Source: Vicugna vicugna
Taxonomy: Eukaryota
Direction of reading: 5' to 3'
NCBI GenBank assembly: GCA_013265495.1
Contig: MU058636.1
Span: 9,564,176-9,628,175 of the forward strand
Length of the DNA: 64,000 bases
In this document: piece after piece, positions 52,969-64,000 of the stretch
Position numbering within the stretch: the first letter of the stretch is position 1
Layout of the letters: every line of letters begins with the position of its first letter
Made by a program: the position numbers and the translations under genes
The notes under the pieces: generated by a model
What the model saw: only the letters and a program-made list of their open reading frames with translations
Databases searched by the model: none
What the model was told of the DNA's origin: nothing

Positions 52969-53695
52969 TTTTTTTTTTTCAAGATCAGCAAGTAATTTAT
53001 CACGATTCAGCGTGTGGCCAAAGGGCCAGGACAGGTTTAGGAGGAGAGTAAACAACTGGGGTGCCGGTGGCGTCTGGGTCAGTCCACGACAGTCTGCCCA
53101 AGGCTTCCGTGGTTGGGGGGGAGGGTGTCTGCGGTCACCTCTGTCCACTGTCCCTAGGCTGGTTGGGCTCCTGCGGGGCTTCCTTCCCCCCTCCCTCCAG
53201 CGTCTGCGCCTCCTCCCCGCATCCGGCAGCTCCAAGCCCAGCGGTGGCACAAGGGACCAGCAGGGACTTCAGAGTGCACTCAGCGGCCGTCAGGAGGGCA
53301 GGCACTGGCCGCCCGCGCAGCCCGGATACCCTGGTCGCAAGCACTCAGCTGCGCATCCTGTGCTGGCCTGTCTGGCGCCCCAGCCTGTAGAGGGCGCCCT
53401 CCACGTCCGCGCCAGGGGCCGCCGGGTCCCACGGGGTCCCGGAGGGTTGAGGAGCCGAGCCGGAGCCAGAACCGGAGCGGCTGCCCTGGCGCGCAGTGGC
53501 CGACGCCACGATGTAGGGTGCACGGGGTGCGGAAGCCGCGATGCGTGCAGCCGGGTCACGCTGCCTCCGCGCCAGTGCCGGGCAGGTCTTCCGAATTCTC
53601 CCCTGCTAGAAAATTCTCACCTCTACTCCCTGTACAGAGGTGGATGTCCTCAGAGGACGTGGTGGTGCTGCTGGCAACACAAAGAGCCAGGACAT
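52969..53695 (-). pseudogene. Processed retrocopy (5'-truncated) of an unidentified GC-rich mRNA, inserted in an L1MC-type element
   Basis: T11 run at 52969-52979 (poly(A) on minus) with GATAAA 16 nt upstream. Minus frame 53605-53135 is open except for one TGA at 53345-53347, followed by a ~155-nt 3' UTR. L1 3'-end sequence stops at ~52968 and resumes at ~53700. Confidence 0.75.
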
Positions 53696-53842
53696 TTACA
53701 CAGCCAGTACATTCTCAAAGTTATTTTCCTGACTTTGATGTCTTTGCTGTGGTCACGTTTGTGAGAAACATAAACGTATTGGATGTGATGGGTGTCGGAG
53801 TGGGATTTGATTTTAACCATATGACAAGCTAATCAGTTAGCC

Positions 53843-54127
53843 TGTTCCTATTTCACAGACGCTGGCAGAAGACAAAAGAGGCTTGGATCAGAGACAAAGG
53901 ATTTTATTACTCATGGCACAGGAAGCAGCGTGAAAATCATTTTTATTTTGTCCCTTTTTCCCCGAAGTCCCAGGGGAGCAACACAGAGGGCCCAGATGGC
54001 CCCTGCACGTGCAGTGGGCTGTAATAAGGAAGAAATACCGAACTCGGGGAACCTGCTGTTTTATAGCAGTGACCCTACTCTTTGCCCAGAATATTGCTTC
54101 ATCCCTCAAGGTCGCTCACTGCAAACA
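53843..54127 (-). mobile_element. ERVL-class LTR fragment (MER76/LTR53-like)
   Basis: gcagaagac...tcagagacaaaggattttattactcatggcacag...agtcccagggg...gagggcccagatgg. Confidence 0.55.
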
Positions 54128-54129
54128 GA

Positions 54130-54605
54130 ACCCTGATGTATACCTAAAGGAATAGTGTGTGTGACCAGCAAAAACATGGACAGGAAGTTCTGTGGCAGTA
54201 TTCATATTATTTGTACTATCGCAAGATTGTGAAAAATTTAAGTGCCCATCAACGGTGTATAAGTAAATTACAGTGTATTCAAAACTGAAAGGAAAGGAAT
54301 GCACTGTTCCATAAAACAACATGGATGAATCTTACAAATCTAAGGTTAAATGATTGCATCCAGATATAGAAAATATATAGTTTCATTTACAAAAAGTTGA
54401 AAAACGGATGAAACTAGTCTGTGGAGCTAGAGGTCAAAAGAGGCCCTGGAAGCACTGACTTGAGGGGGGGCCTGAGGGAGCCTTCTGAGTTGCTAGTGCT
54501 TGTTTTTTCTTCATCTGTGCGGTGGTTCCAGGGCTGTGATAATTTATTGACCTGAACACTCAGGATATGTGCAGTTTTCTGTTTTATTTCAACAAAAGAT
54601 TTAAA
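54130..54605 (+). mobile_element. Old L1M(E) 3' end
   Basis: aagtgcccatcaacgg...aacaacatggatgaatcttacaaa...atttattgacctgaacact. Confidence 0.7.
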
Positions 54606-57105
54606 TGTGAAAAAATTGCTAGTGCATGTTTACATAAGTGAAATAATACACAGATGTGTAAAGGAAATGCTAACACCTCGCCTGGCTTCCTTGTCTCCTG
54701 GGGTATCCATGGTTAACGGGCCAGTCTGCATCCTTTCATATCGTCTCCTAGTTAAACAGGCAAGTATAATCATCTATACACAAATGCCTCTGGTTTCTCT
54801 TTCTTGTTTCACTGTTTGTTTTTATCCATTATATAATATAATTTATAGACTTTAAACTCTAATATTTTTCATGGACAATTTGTCATGGACTTTCTATAAG
54901 TCAATAGCTTCTGTTGGAATTTTTACGTCTAATTTTTCTACCCACACATTTATAATTTTATGTAAATAAGTACATACACTGTCATCATTTTGTGAAGCCT
55001 TTTTTTCAATGTAGTCCCCCTTCTGCCCGTGGTTATTTTTCTATTTATATTACCATTTATAAATGCATAATGTGTATTTAATCATTCATGTATATAAAAT
55101 GAAAATTTATAGAGATGTGTAAAACATGTTCATATTAATATTCTCATTCTTATTAATTTTAATATTTCTACTCTATCTTGTTCCCAAAATACACGTAATG
55201 TAGCATTTTTGCCAATGTAATAATCCATGCTCCATATAGTGCATGGACATTCAAAATATTATACAAACATACAAAGCTTTTTGTAAATACAGCATTTTAA
55301 AGGTAGAAATAGTGTTAATAGTTTCACTTTTCATCACATTTGAATATTTGGAGAAACAGTACTTTCTTTGAATTAAACATAAGGCTTTTCAGAGTATATT
55401 GTTTGTACCTACTGGAAGCAAATAGAAATATTAGGCTCAATAACATGCATTTATTTTTCTGTTCAATACCTACATCTTATCTTCCTATCTCTGCTGGGGA
55501 AAAATCTCATTATTACATCATTAATATTATCGCTTATATGGAGTTACAGGCAATTAACTAGGTGTTCCTTTGTTATACTGAATTTAACTTAGCCCTTACC
55601 TTTTGAAGGATAGCATAATTTCAACAAATAATTGTTTGCTTTTTATTTTTTAAGAAAAATCACCCTGTAAATTGACATCTATTGCTTCAGAAATCAAGTT
55701 TAATTAACATGTAGAATTAAAGCCAATGGCATTTTATGGCATTTTCATTTTTTTCTTTATGAAAAAATAAAATTTACAAATGTGTATGTTGCTTTATAAA
55801 GTTAAGTGGGAATGAGGAACACCAATTCAATGACTTCAAAAGAAATTTTCACTTCAAACTCCATCATCATAACTTTGTGTCAGGCATGGCAAAATATCCA
55901 GACATATACTTCACCAGAAATTATTCTGATGTTGATTTCCTATCAGAGGCAGGTGATTTATAAGCCTTTTAGTGTTAATAACAAAATTAATAACAGGGCT
56001 TATCCTTTACCCTAAGAAATAGGAAATAGGCTTTAGAAACAAGACACCAAGCAGCAGCCTGGAGTTAGGCAAGAAAAAGGAGAGAGGATCTCTCCTTGTA
56101 TATTGTCATTCATCTGATACAGTTTTTGGTCTGAGGTCCCGAAGAGAGACTGAGTCTGGTTTCTGCTAATTAGGCTTTGGCATCATACCTTGATTAAAGA
56201 GCTTCCCTTTAAGAAAAGTCTTTTTTCTCTACTCTGAGATCACTAGAACACGCTGTTTATGCTCCTTCAGACGTAAAAAGTAGGGCTGGGTCCGTAACAC
56301 TCGTCAACGTCCCATCAGGCCTCTCACACCGAGATGCTGCTTCTTCACAAAGGTTGCTGCTCATCTGCTCTCATGCCTTCCCAAGTTCTTCTATTGGCTC
56401 TTCTCTCCTCTGGCACAAAGTGCCAGCTGGTTTGGGTGGCTCTGTTCCTCGGCCTCATGACTGAATTTCTTGTTCAGAATGAACCATTCCACCTCTGACA
56501 CCAGGCAGCCCTTCAGCTCTTTAAACAGATTGGTCCAAAACTGCAAAGCAAATAACCCCAGGGGTCAGTTATTCATTAGGAAGGATGTAATCATTCATAA
56601 TCATAGGCCAATTGCTGGAGAGCAGTTCATTTCTTACTAACCAGTCACCGTTGACAGTTTTGCTTTCAAATCTCCTATAATAGAGTCTCACTCACTTAGG
56701 ACTTGCTGTTTCTGTGCAATTGTAGCTTTAAGCTGACAAAAAACTGCACTGCATTAATATTTTAAATTAAAATCAATGATTACTCTAGCACAGTGACAGA
56801 ACGCTGCTGCTGAACGCCACTGAATTTCTCATTAATATTAATTTGTAGTTTGTAGAGAAGCAGCTTAACAACCATTGAGCTACACACATACAATTCTAAT
56901 ATTGATGAACTGAGCCCTATAGGTCTGCGGTCATGAAAGAAATTGCTCTTGGCTGCCTCTGTTTGATTTTATGGTCTCTCTTAGCATTTTCAAAATTCAT
57001 CATGTTTCAGTAATAACACGTAATGTACTTTTTCTGGTTTTCCAATTTCTGACCAGCATAAGTGTGTTTTAGGTTGTCAGGAATGACATAAAATTTCCCA
57101 GTGAC

Positions 57106-57186
57106 TTTTTTTTTTTTAAATGGAGGTACTGGGGATTGAACCCAGGACCTTGCGTATGCTGAGCACATGCTATACCCCACCCTCCC
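57106..57186 (-). mobile_element. tRNA-derived SINE (Vic-1-like), short form
   Basis: T-tail plus aatggaggtactggggattgaacccaggaccttgcgtatgctgagcac; tcccagtga occurs at both junctions. Confidence 0.85.
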
Positions 57187-57859
57187 AGTGAGGTCTTTAT
57201 CAAAAGACATGATAACCCTGATATCAACATAATCATCATCAGTCACGATTTACCGAGTATGTTTTAAGAACCTGGGACTGAACTAATAAACTGTTCTCTT
57301 ATAAAAATCAACTTTTCTGCTTGGAAGATTCCTTAGTATAGGAAAAGGATGCTGTTGACCTGAAATTAGTAGAATACTTAATTTTTCTTGTTTACCTTGA
57401 TTGTGAAAATTAACTTCCACTTAGCTGTAAACACACACATCATATTTGCAATATTAGATGAACATGTGCCCACAGACAGTAATTAAAGAGCCATCATCTG
57501 ACCTGGATGCCTTTGTAACTTCCAAACAGAAAACTTGATTTTTATAAGAGGACAGTTTATTTTGTTCATTAACAAATGTTTACTGACTGTATAAGGCATT
57601 ACACTAATTTTTGCTGTGAGGTGTACAGATAAGTAACACATGTATTCACCTCAAACGTATTTTACTGTAAGTTAGGAAACTGATGAGGTATGTATGCAAT
57701 AACCAGAGTACAATTTAGTTTTGCCCACTCTTCCTGGTGTTGTGAGAACCAGAGAAAGAGCAACAAAACTTCCAGAGAGATGACACCTCTCTTTGGGGCC
57801 TGTCATATGTGGATGCTCCTTTACTGAAAAACAAACATGCTTTCGGCCAGGGCAGCAAG

Positions 57860-58040
57860 ACATAAACTTTAGTGACTGTCAGAATCCCCTGGAGGGCTTG
57901 TTAAAACACAGTGCTGGGCCTCATCCTCAGGATTTCCCATTCAGCGGGCCTACGGCGGGGCTGGAGATGCTGTATTTCCAACAAGTTTCCAGGTGACGCT
58001 GAAGTTCCTGGTTGAGGAAACACTTTAAAAAACCACTGGA
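57860..58040. mobile_element. MER5A hAT-Charlie element
   Basis: tcagaatcccctggagggcttgttaaaacacagtgctgggcc...aacaagtttccaggtgacgctga...aaccactg. Confidence 0.8.
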
Positions 58041-58299
58041 TTAGAGACTCCCCAAATTGGTGCATAGTAAAAATTTCCTGGGGAGCATTTTCTTTCTTCG
58101 TTTATAAGCATTTCCTTTCCTTTCTTCCCTCTCTTCCTTCCTTCTTCCCATTTTTCCTTCCTTCCTTTCTTCTTTAACCTGGATTTTCCTCCTCTTCACT
58201 CTTAAGAGACTCACTGCATCTGTGCCAAGGAGCAAAAGTCAGCACCTTCTGAGAGCTCATAGCATCATTTGCTGAATTCCAACTCAGTCAACTTTCCTT

Positions 58300-58430
58300 C
58301 CCACTGTTCTGGGGGAGGTTAGATAGCGGGAAGGAATGAGTGGAGGCAAAATGGGAGTTGCCCCGGGTGGCAGAGCTGCGATTCGAACCAGGTTTTCTGA
58401 CTCCAAGACCAGGGCACTTTACCTGTGGTT
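58300..58430 (-). mobile_element. MIR SINE
   Basis: gtggcagagctgcgattcgaaccaggttttctgactccaaga. Confidence 0.6.
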
Positions 58431-59578
58431 TCAACATATCAGTATCTTTTCGGAGAATTATCATTTGATAATTGAGGGTTTTTTTTAAAAAATAAGGTTG
58501 TAAAGATAGCTTTTGTGTGTTTACATCACATTCATTTTCATTAATAGTTAACATATTAAAATTTTGATTTTAAGTTGAAGAGACAACTTAAGTATCAAGT
58601 AAATCTACTGACAAATCTCATGATTATTAATTACTCAATTTGTTTCTAAATTTAAGATATTAAATTTCCCCAAGTATTTAATAACAACTTACAAATTTAA
58701 TTCATGTATTATTTTAAACATCTCATTAAAGTAATGCAAATTATGGTCTCCTAACTATTTAAAAATCTTTGTAAGCATGATTGATGTATCTAAAACTTTT
58801 AATGTAAAATAAATAACTGGTTTTGTAAAGGACTTCAAACAGATAAGAAGGTAGAATTACAAATCAAACACACAAAATATTCTTAAGTACTCAAATGATA
58901 CTTAAAAACCTAACAAAGATTTGATGATTCAGATCTAAACTCACAAATTTTGTTAAAAACTTACCAAATAATATTAAATCTTTTCAAATTAAAATCACAC
59001 AAAAAAACATTTTTAAGTTACAAGTTCATGTTAGATTTAAAAACAAAACAACTTGTATTTTTCAGACGATTATACACTGTTCAAATTTCCCATTTTCTTT
59101 CTGATTTATTTCCTGTAGCTGTGGTCACCTAGATTTGCCCCTAACATTCCAAATTGGTATGAAAATACTGATTGCAAGGATTTGATTTTATCGTTATTTT
59201 CTCTGTGCTGCCTTCTACATCTTCCTGGAGTTGCTAAGTCATTTATCATCTCTTTACTCAAAAAATTTCAGGCTGTGGTTAGAGATTCCGGACAGGAAGC
59301 TAGAAGTAGGGGCAGTTTCCAGAATAATTCTACCTGAGCTACCTACTAATACACCAACCCTCTTCATGTAGAAAGGAGGCTTTTCAATCCTTTGCCTTTT
59401 CTTGAAAACAGTTTCATCTAGTTACTTCTTGGTCATTTTGTTTCTTTACTATAACTTATGACACAACTCTTACCATAACCCCTTCATAAATTGCCTAGTT
59501 GGGGTGCACGATGTCCCATATCCACCCTAACAAACTACCATGTCTGTTACTTTGCAACCCAAGGTTCCAACTGGTACA

Positions 59579-62266
59579 GGCAGCCAAGGGGAGGCTGCAG
59601 AGGTGACAGGGAAGGTGTACTCAGCAAAGAAAGGGCTTCAGGCCTTACCCAGGCTTCGGTCAGACTGACCACACTGTTACTCATTCTGCAGATTTCATTT
59701 TAAGAAGGTTTGAAATCATCTTATTGCCAAAAGGTTTAAAATCACTCCATTCATGACCGCTAAAGGTTTCAGTAATGAAACCTTAAAACCAGAGAATTTT
59801 AAGGACACACAGAAAGATGAGATCTATCGCAGAAAATACGTCTGAATTAAAAAAAAAAAAAGAGAGAAACTTGAGGCAGCTTTTAAAATTCATGAGGTTT
59901 CAAAGAAAAGAGAGAAATCAGGAAATATTTCCACGTGAGAAGCCTCAACACCTAAAACTTGAGGACTAGGCAGTACAGCAGATCATAGAAGGTACAAAGG
60001 AAGGGCTTCAGGGTGTCCTGATTAAACAGAGATAAGAAACATGGGCTCACTACTTCAAAGACCCTGAGGGGAATGCGTGAGAAAGACAGCACATGTTACA
60101 AGGACTTCTACGGAGAAACTGACAAGGAAAAATGAAAGCTCAAAGTTTCATACTCAATTTCTCAGCTTTTCTAGAAACGAGAGCATGGGATGTGCTTTAG
60201 GATCAACTAGCCAGGCACACAAGCACAGGAACAGGATTCAAAGACACAAAGAAACTGGTGCTGCTGGGAGTTTTCCTGGGAAGTGGTGTTTGTGGCCTAT
60301 CAGTTTCCAGGGGCATTGGAGCCAAGGTGGCCAGAGGTCAGAGCAACGCACGCCATCAGCTGCGGAATCCACGGCTCAGCCTGGAGGCCAGTGAGCTCAA
60401 CAAACTGGTCCTGGGGAGTAATTTGGACCACAGTTCTGGCAACGTGGCTTCCCTTCGTTTCTATCTCCTGAGCTTGATTCTCCAGTTTTCACAGAGATTC
60501 TTTGATCTGTCCAATATAACTAATTGTCAAGAAATGATGGGGGGAATCCAGGATTTACTCTCTGGTCTGACTGGTGCTGAAGACAGTAAAACTGGCCAGT
60601 AATAAGGGATCGATGTGGGCAGCCTATAAGACGCAATAACTAAAAATTCATCAGATTATCAGCTGTGGTCACTCTGAGCGATCAGGCCTATTCATGGCAA
60701 GGCTTTGGAGGGCCACACAGTCCCTAAGCATCAGCTGAACAAAGTGACCAACTCCGTGGATGTCAGTCATCCTTCCTAAACACCCCCTTGCTCACTGGCC
60801 CGTGAATGAAGTCAAATGGTGACAAGGACATAGACTCAAAACATGGACTTCCTTTTACTGGGCTACCACCACTGCTGAGTGCCCAGTCTGCCAGCTGCAG
60901 CCAAGCCTGAGCTTCCAGCACATTCTCCAGCCACTGAACAATTAGATTCCTTCCCTCTCATGCTGGGAAATACTGTCTTCTACTGAACTAGAATCCTACC
61001 TGTATTAGCCTTCTTTTTCTGTCAGCCATTGACTTACCAAACATGTTATTTACCACCGTAATTTTGCACACAATATTGCTTCTTCCCTAGGAAATCGCTT
61101 TACGGTGAAAGAGGTATTGTAATCCTGACGGAATCCATTAGTCTTATTACATATTCCATTAAGAAGAAGCAATAACAAAATAGTGATAGAAGCTATTAAT
61201 GAGCCACTCCTGCAGCAACCAGACGACAACACCTGAGTTTAGGTGTACGCTGTTCTTGAAACTAGAGGTTGGTATTGGTCCTGTTTCTCCCACAGTCTGA
61301 TCTGGGAAGACAGCCGGGTGGGTGGGCACCTCTCAACAAATGACTCACTTGTAAAAATTTTGCTTTGTCTCCAGAAGTCTGGCACCCCTGCCGATGCTGC
61401 CTCCGGAACTCTGTGTTGCTTAAACCCCTACTGTCTTCTGAAAGCGCACAGACACATGGAACTGCAGAGTCTAGGTCTTGTGATTAAAGGTGTCAGGGCC
61501 TCAGAAAGAGAACTTATATCAGGAGCAGCAACAGCGGTCCCACGAATTGGATGATGAGGGGTCCTGTTGAACTTGTGACACTGCACAAACAGATTAAAAA
61601 AGGAGAGTTATTTATGTGGTTTGCAGAGTGACTGCTCCTGACCCTGAACAAAGGGGAAGTTGGGTTTTTGCTACAGAGTAAGAGGCCAGTCAGAAAGGCA
61701 CAGGACAGAAACTAGATAATCATCTGAGTATTTCCTGGGATTTTCATGTCCTGCAGCAAAATTAAGAGGAAAATATAGGAACTTCATATAGCCAGAACTA
61801 TCAAAGGTCTATGTTCTTTTGGGTCACCTCACCAGATAAGGAACTTTCATCAGCTGATGTATTGGCTGAAGACAAAAGGATCATAGAAAGGACAGAAATC
61901 ATGCATTCCAACAACAGCTTTGTGACAGTTGTGGAAATTAAAAATGTGACATAACCCTGTGTTCCATTCTGTCTTTCCTCCCTTGAATGCCGCTTTATAC
62001 AGAAATGGGTTGTTGGTGGTTTCTTTACAGTTTTGTCCATAAGTTACATGATATTGAGGAAAGGCTACGATAAAACTAGTGGAAATTGGACTTTGCCCCA
62101 AGTAGAAAAAAAAATGATTAGATTTCTGCTTGTTCCTTAGAGGATAAAGTAAGTGCGATTTTGGTTATGTGGTAAATACACTGCATTCTATTAGGGAAAT
62201 TATTTTTGAACCGTTAAGAATGGGAAGAAAAGTACATGTTGATATTATGTAACTGAAGGTGTACAC
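59579..62266 (+). mobile_element. Decayed ERVL/MaLR-type internal region with integrase zinc-finger remnant
   Basis: At ~60840-60895 the sequence reads as HGLPFT...ATTTAECPVCQ, resembling the ERVL integrase HHCC region. Ends with a PPT-like gaaggtgtacac directly before the LTR TGT. No intact ORF. Confidence 0.65.
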
Positions 62267-62876
62267 TGTGGTGGACAACTGTCATTTATCTATCTATCTG
62301 TCTGCCTGCCTGTCTGTCTATCTATCTAAATATCTATCTACCTATCTATTTATTGGTGGGAGTGTGGGTTGCATGGTATAGGAATTCTCATTTTATATTC
62401 AAGTAATTGTCCACTTTCTCAGCTCCCCTGACAGTGGGCACAATCTGTTATCTAAGCTCTGCCAATAAACAGCATCTGTCCTAGATTTTTAATCAAGAGA
62501 AAGTGATACATGAAGCACAGACAGGGGAGATCGCCTCAGGAGATGGTAGGGTTTTAAACAGCATGGTCTCCAGAAGGCACTGGCGTTGGACCATGGAGGC
62601 ACCTTACAACCAGGGTCAGAAGTGTGGCTGAAGTGACCTGTGGATCCAGGCTTCGGCAATAAGGACAATGGGCTCCACGAGGAGCTGCTCTCTGGAGTGA
62701 TTTTGGTGATGGCTATCTGTCCCCAGCTTCCTTCGTTTCAGTCTCTCTTCCAAGTGTGTTCCTTCTTCTTTGCTATTAATTCTGAGACATACCCTGAATC
62801 CTCTTGTTAAATAAATTTCTATTTAAATCATCCCCAGTCAGCTCCTATAAATTGCAATTAAGAACTCTAACTTATA
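62267..62876 (+). mobile_element. Old ERVL LTR (LTR16/LTR33/LTR41-like), putative 3' LTR
   Basis: Starts tgtggtggaca and ends ttgcaattaagaactctaacttata. Confidence 0.6.
62287..62349. repeat. Compound (TATC)/(TGTC)/(TGCC) tetranucleotide repeat
   Basis: tatctatctatctgtctgcctgcctgtctgtctatctatct... Confidence 0.85.
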
Positions 62877-62894
62877 AAGCCATAAAACTTCATT

Positions 62895-63500
62895 TCATTG
62901 CTTCTATTCAGGAAGCCTTTAGTAAGCACATATGTTGTGCAAGATACTGTGTTGGAAACTAGGAAGGCAAAGATGAGTGACAGTCCCCATCATCCACGTG
63001 CTTAAGAATCTGGGGAGGGGGACAACAAATATGTAAATAAATTTTTTAAATAATCACATGACACAAGTTGTAAAAGGTGTATGTATTAACTGCTACGGAA
63101 TTTGCATCAGGGATCAATCAGCTCTGCCCAAGGACAGATGAGGAGCTGTGTGAAGGCACAGACGAGAACTGATATTTGAGTGCAGCCCGAAGGGCAAATA
63201 GGATTTCACCAGTTCCCTAGGAGCAGACATTCCTGGAAGAGTGGCTTGTAGAAGCCAACGTTTGGAGACTTAGAGTTTGTGATGTATTTGTGGCCCAGAA
63301 AATACAGGTGGCTTGAGTGTTGTGATCACAAGCAAGTGCCCAGAAATAAGACTAGAATGATACTCTGAGACCTGATCATGAAGATCTGTTTATGAAGTGT
63401 GTGTACACCATACTGAAAAGTTACTTTATTCAATAGTTGTCATCATGGTTTTTAAAGCAAAAAAGTAATAGGATCATATCTGTTTTAGAAAAATAAGGCT
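62895..63500 (-). mobile_element. LINE-2 fragment
   Basis: agcacatatgttgtgcaagatactgtgttgg...gatatttgagtg...ttttaaagca...tctgttttagaaaaata. Confidence 0.6.
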
Positions 63501-63639
63501 GGTGTCAATGTAAAGGTAGTAAACTGTGTCAATGCAACACCAACATAGAACACATTTGACAGTTTAGCTGCAAAAGGGTTTGCCTACATTCCAAGTGTGA
63601 GGTGTATAAAACTCAAAATGAAAACCGAGGAAGCAGTAA

Positions 63640-63880
63640 TACAGTCTGATAACTAATGCCAACTTAGCTGGTAACTATGTGACTTGGGGTTGGCCATATA
63701 TCCTTGGAAAGATTTCTTAGCCTTGGATTACTCGTCATAAACACAATACTAATGACATGATCACATGGTCATGATCCCTGTGTTGCAAGGTAGTTGTGAC
63801 AATAATAGTGTATTAAAAGCATCCAGCACTAGTCTGACTCTCAATTAACCTGCATGCTAAGTAACAGCATTTATTATTAC
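63640..63880 (+). mobile_element. MIR SINE
   Basis: aactatgtgacttggg...ctcgtcataaa...gtattaaaagcatccagcac...ttattattac. Confidence 0.55.
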
Positions 63881-64000
63881 TAATATAGTGAAAAATGTAG
63901 AGGCTTAACATTCTATTCTATGATTCTCCAGACAAGGCTTTAATAAATGCCATATATATTTTGATGAAGTCAGTATGATGGGACTTCTACTGATTCCAGA

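Noticed and set aside
52955..53764. 269-aa plus-strand ORF over the second GC-rich segment, as a new gene or the neighbouring COG6
   Set aside because: It starts and ends in L1 sequence, runs antisense to the poly(A)-tailed insert and has no resemblance to the COG6 N-terminus.

Overview
Mammalian genomic DNA, probably camelid because of four Vic-1-like tRNA-derived SINE copies. It holds the 5' end of LHFPL6 (LHFP; tetraspan membrane protein) on the minus strand: a CpG-island promoter and non-coding exon 1 (donor after 35938), a 1.47-kb intron 1, exon 2 (34467-33894, ATG at 34278, 385 coding nt), and about 34 kb of the large intron 2. The ~28 kb upstream is intergenic. The rest is mostly ordinary interspersed repeats (L1, L2, MIR, Tigger1, hAT MERs, MaLR/ERVL/ERV1 LTRs and a decayed ERVL-type provirus). 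The most interesting observations are: (1) a compact uORF cluster in all three frames of the predicted LHFPL6 5' UTR, including a strong-context AUG at the exon1/exon2 junction that reads AUG-UGA if unspliced and opens a 17-aa uORF once spliced; (2) a CpG-rich poly(A)-tailed processed retrocopy of a gene I could not identify, inserted inside an old L1 at 52969-53695; (3) an orphan promoter-like motif cluster near 47.0-47.4 kb; (4) three co-oriented CTCF-like motifs. No new biological system is demonstrated. Repeat family names come from recalled consensus similarity, not a search, and repeat boundaries are approximate.
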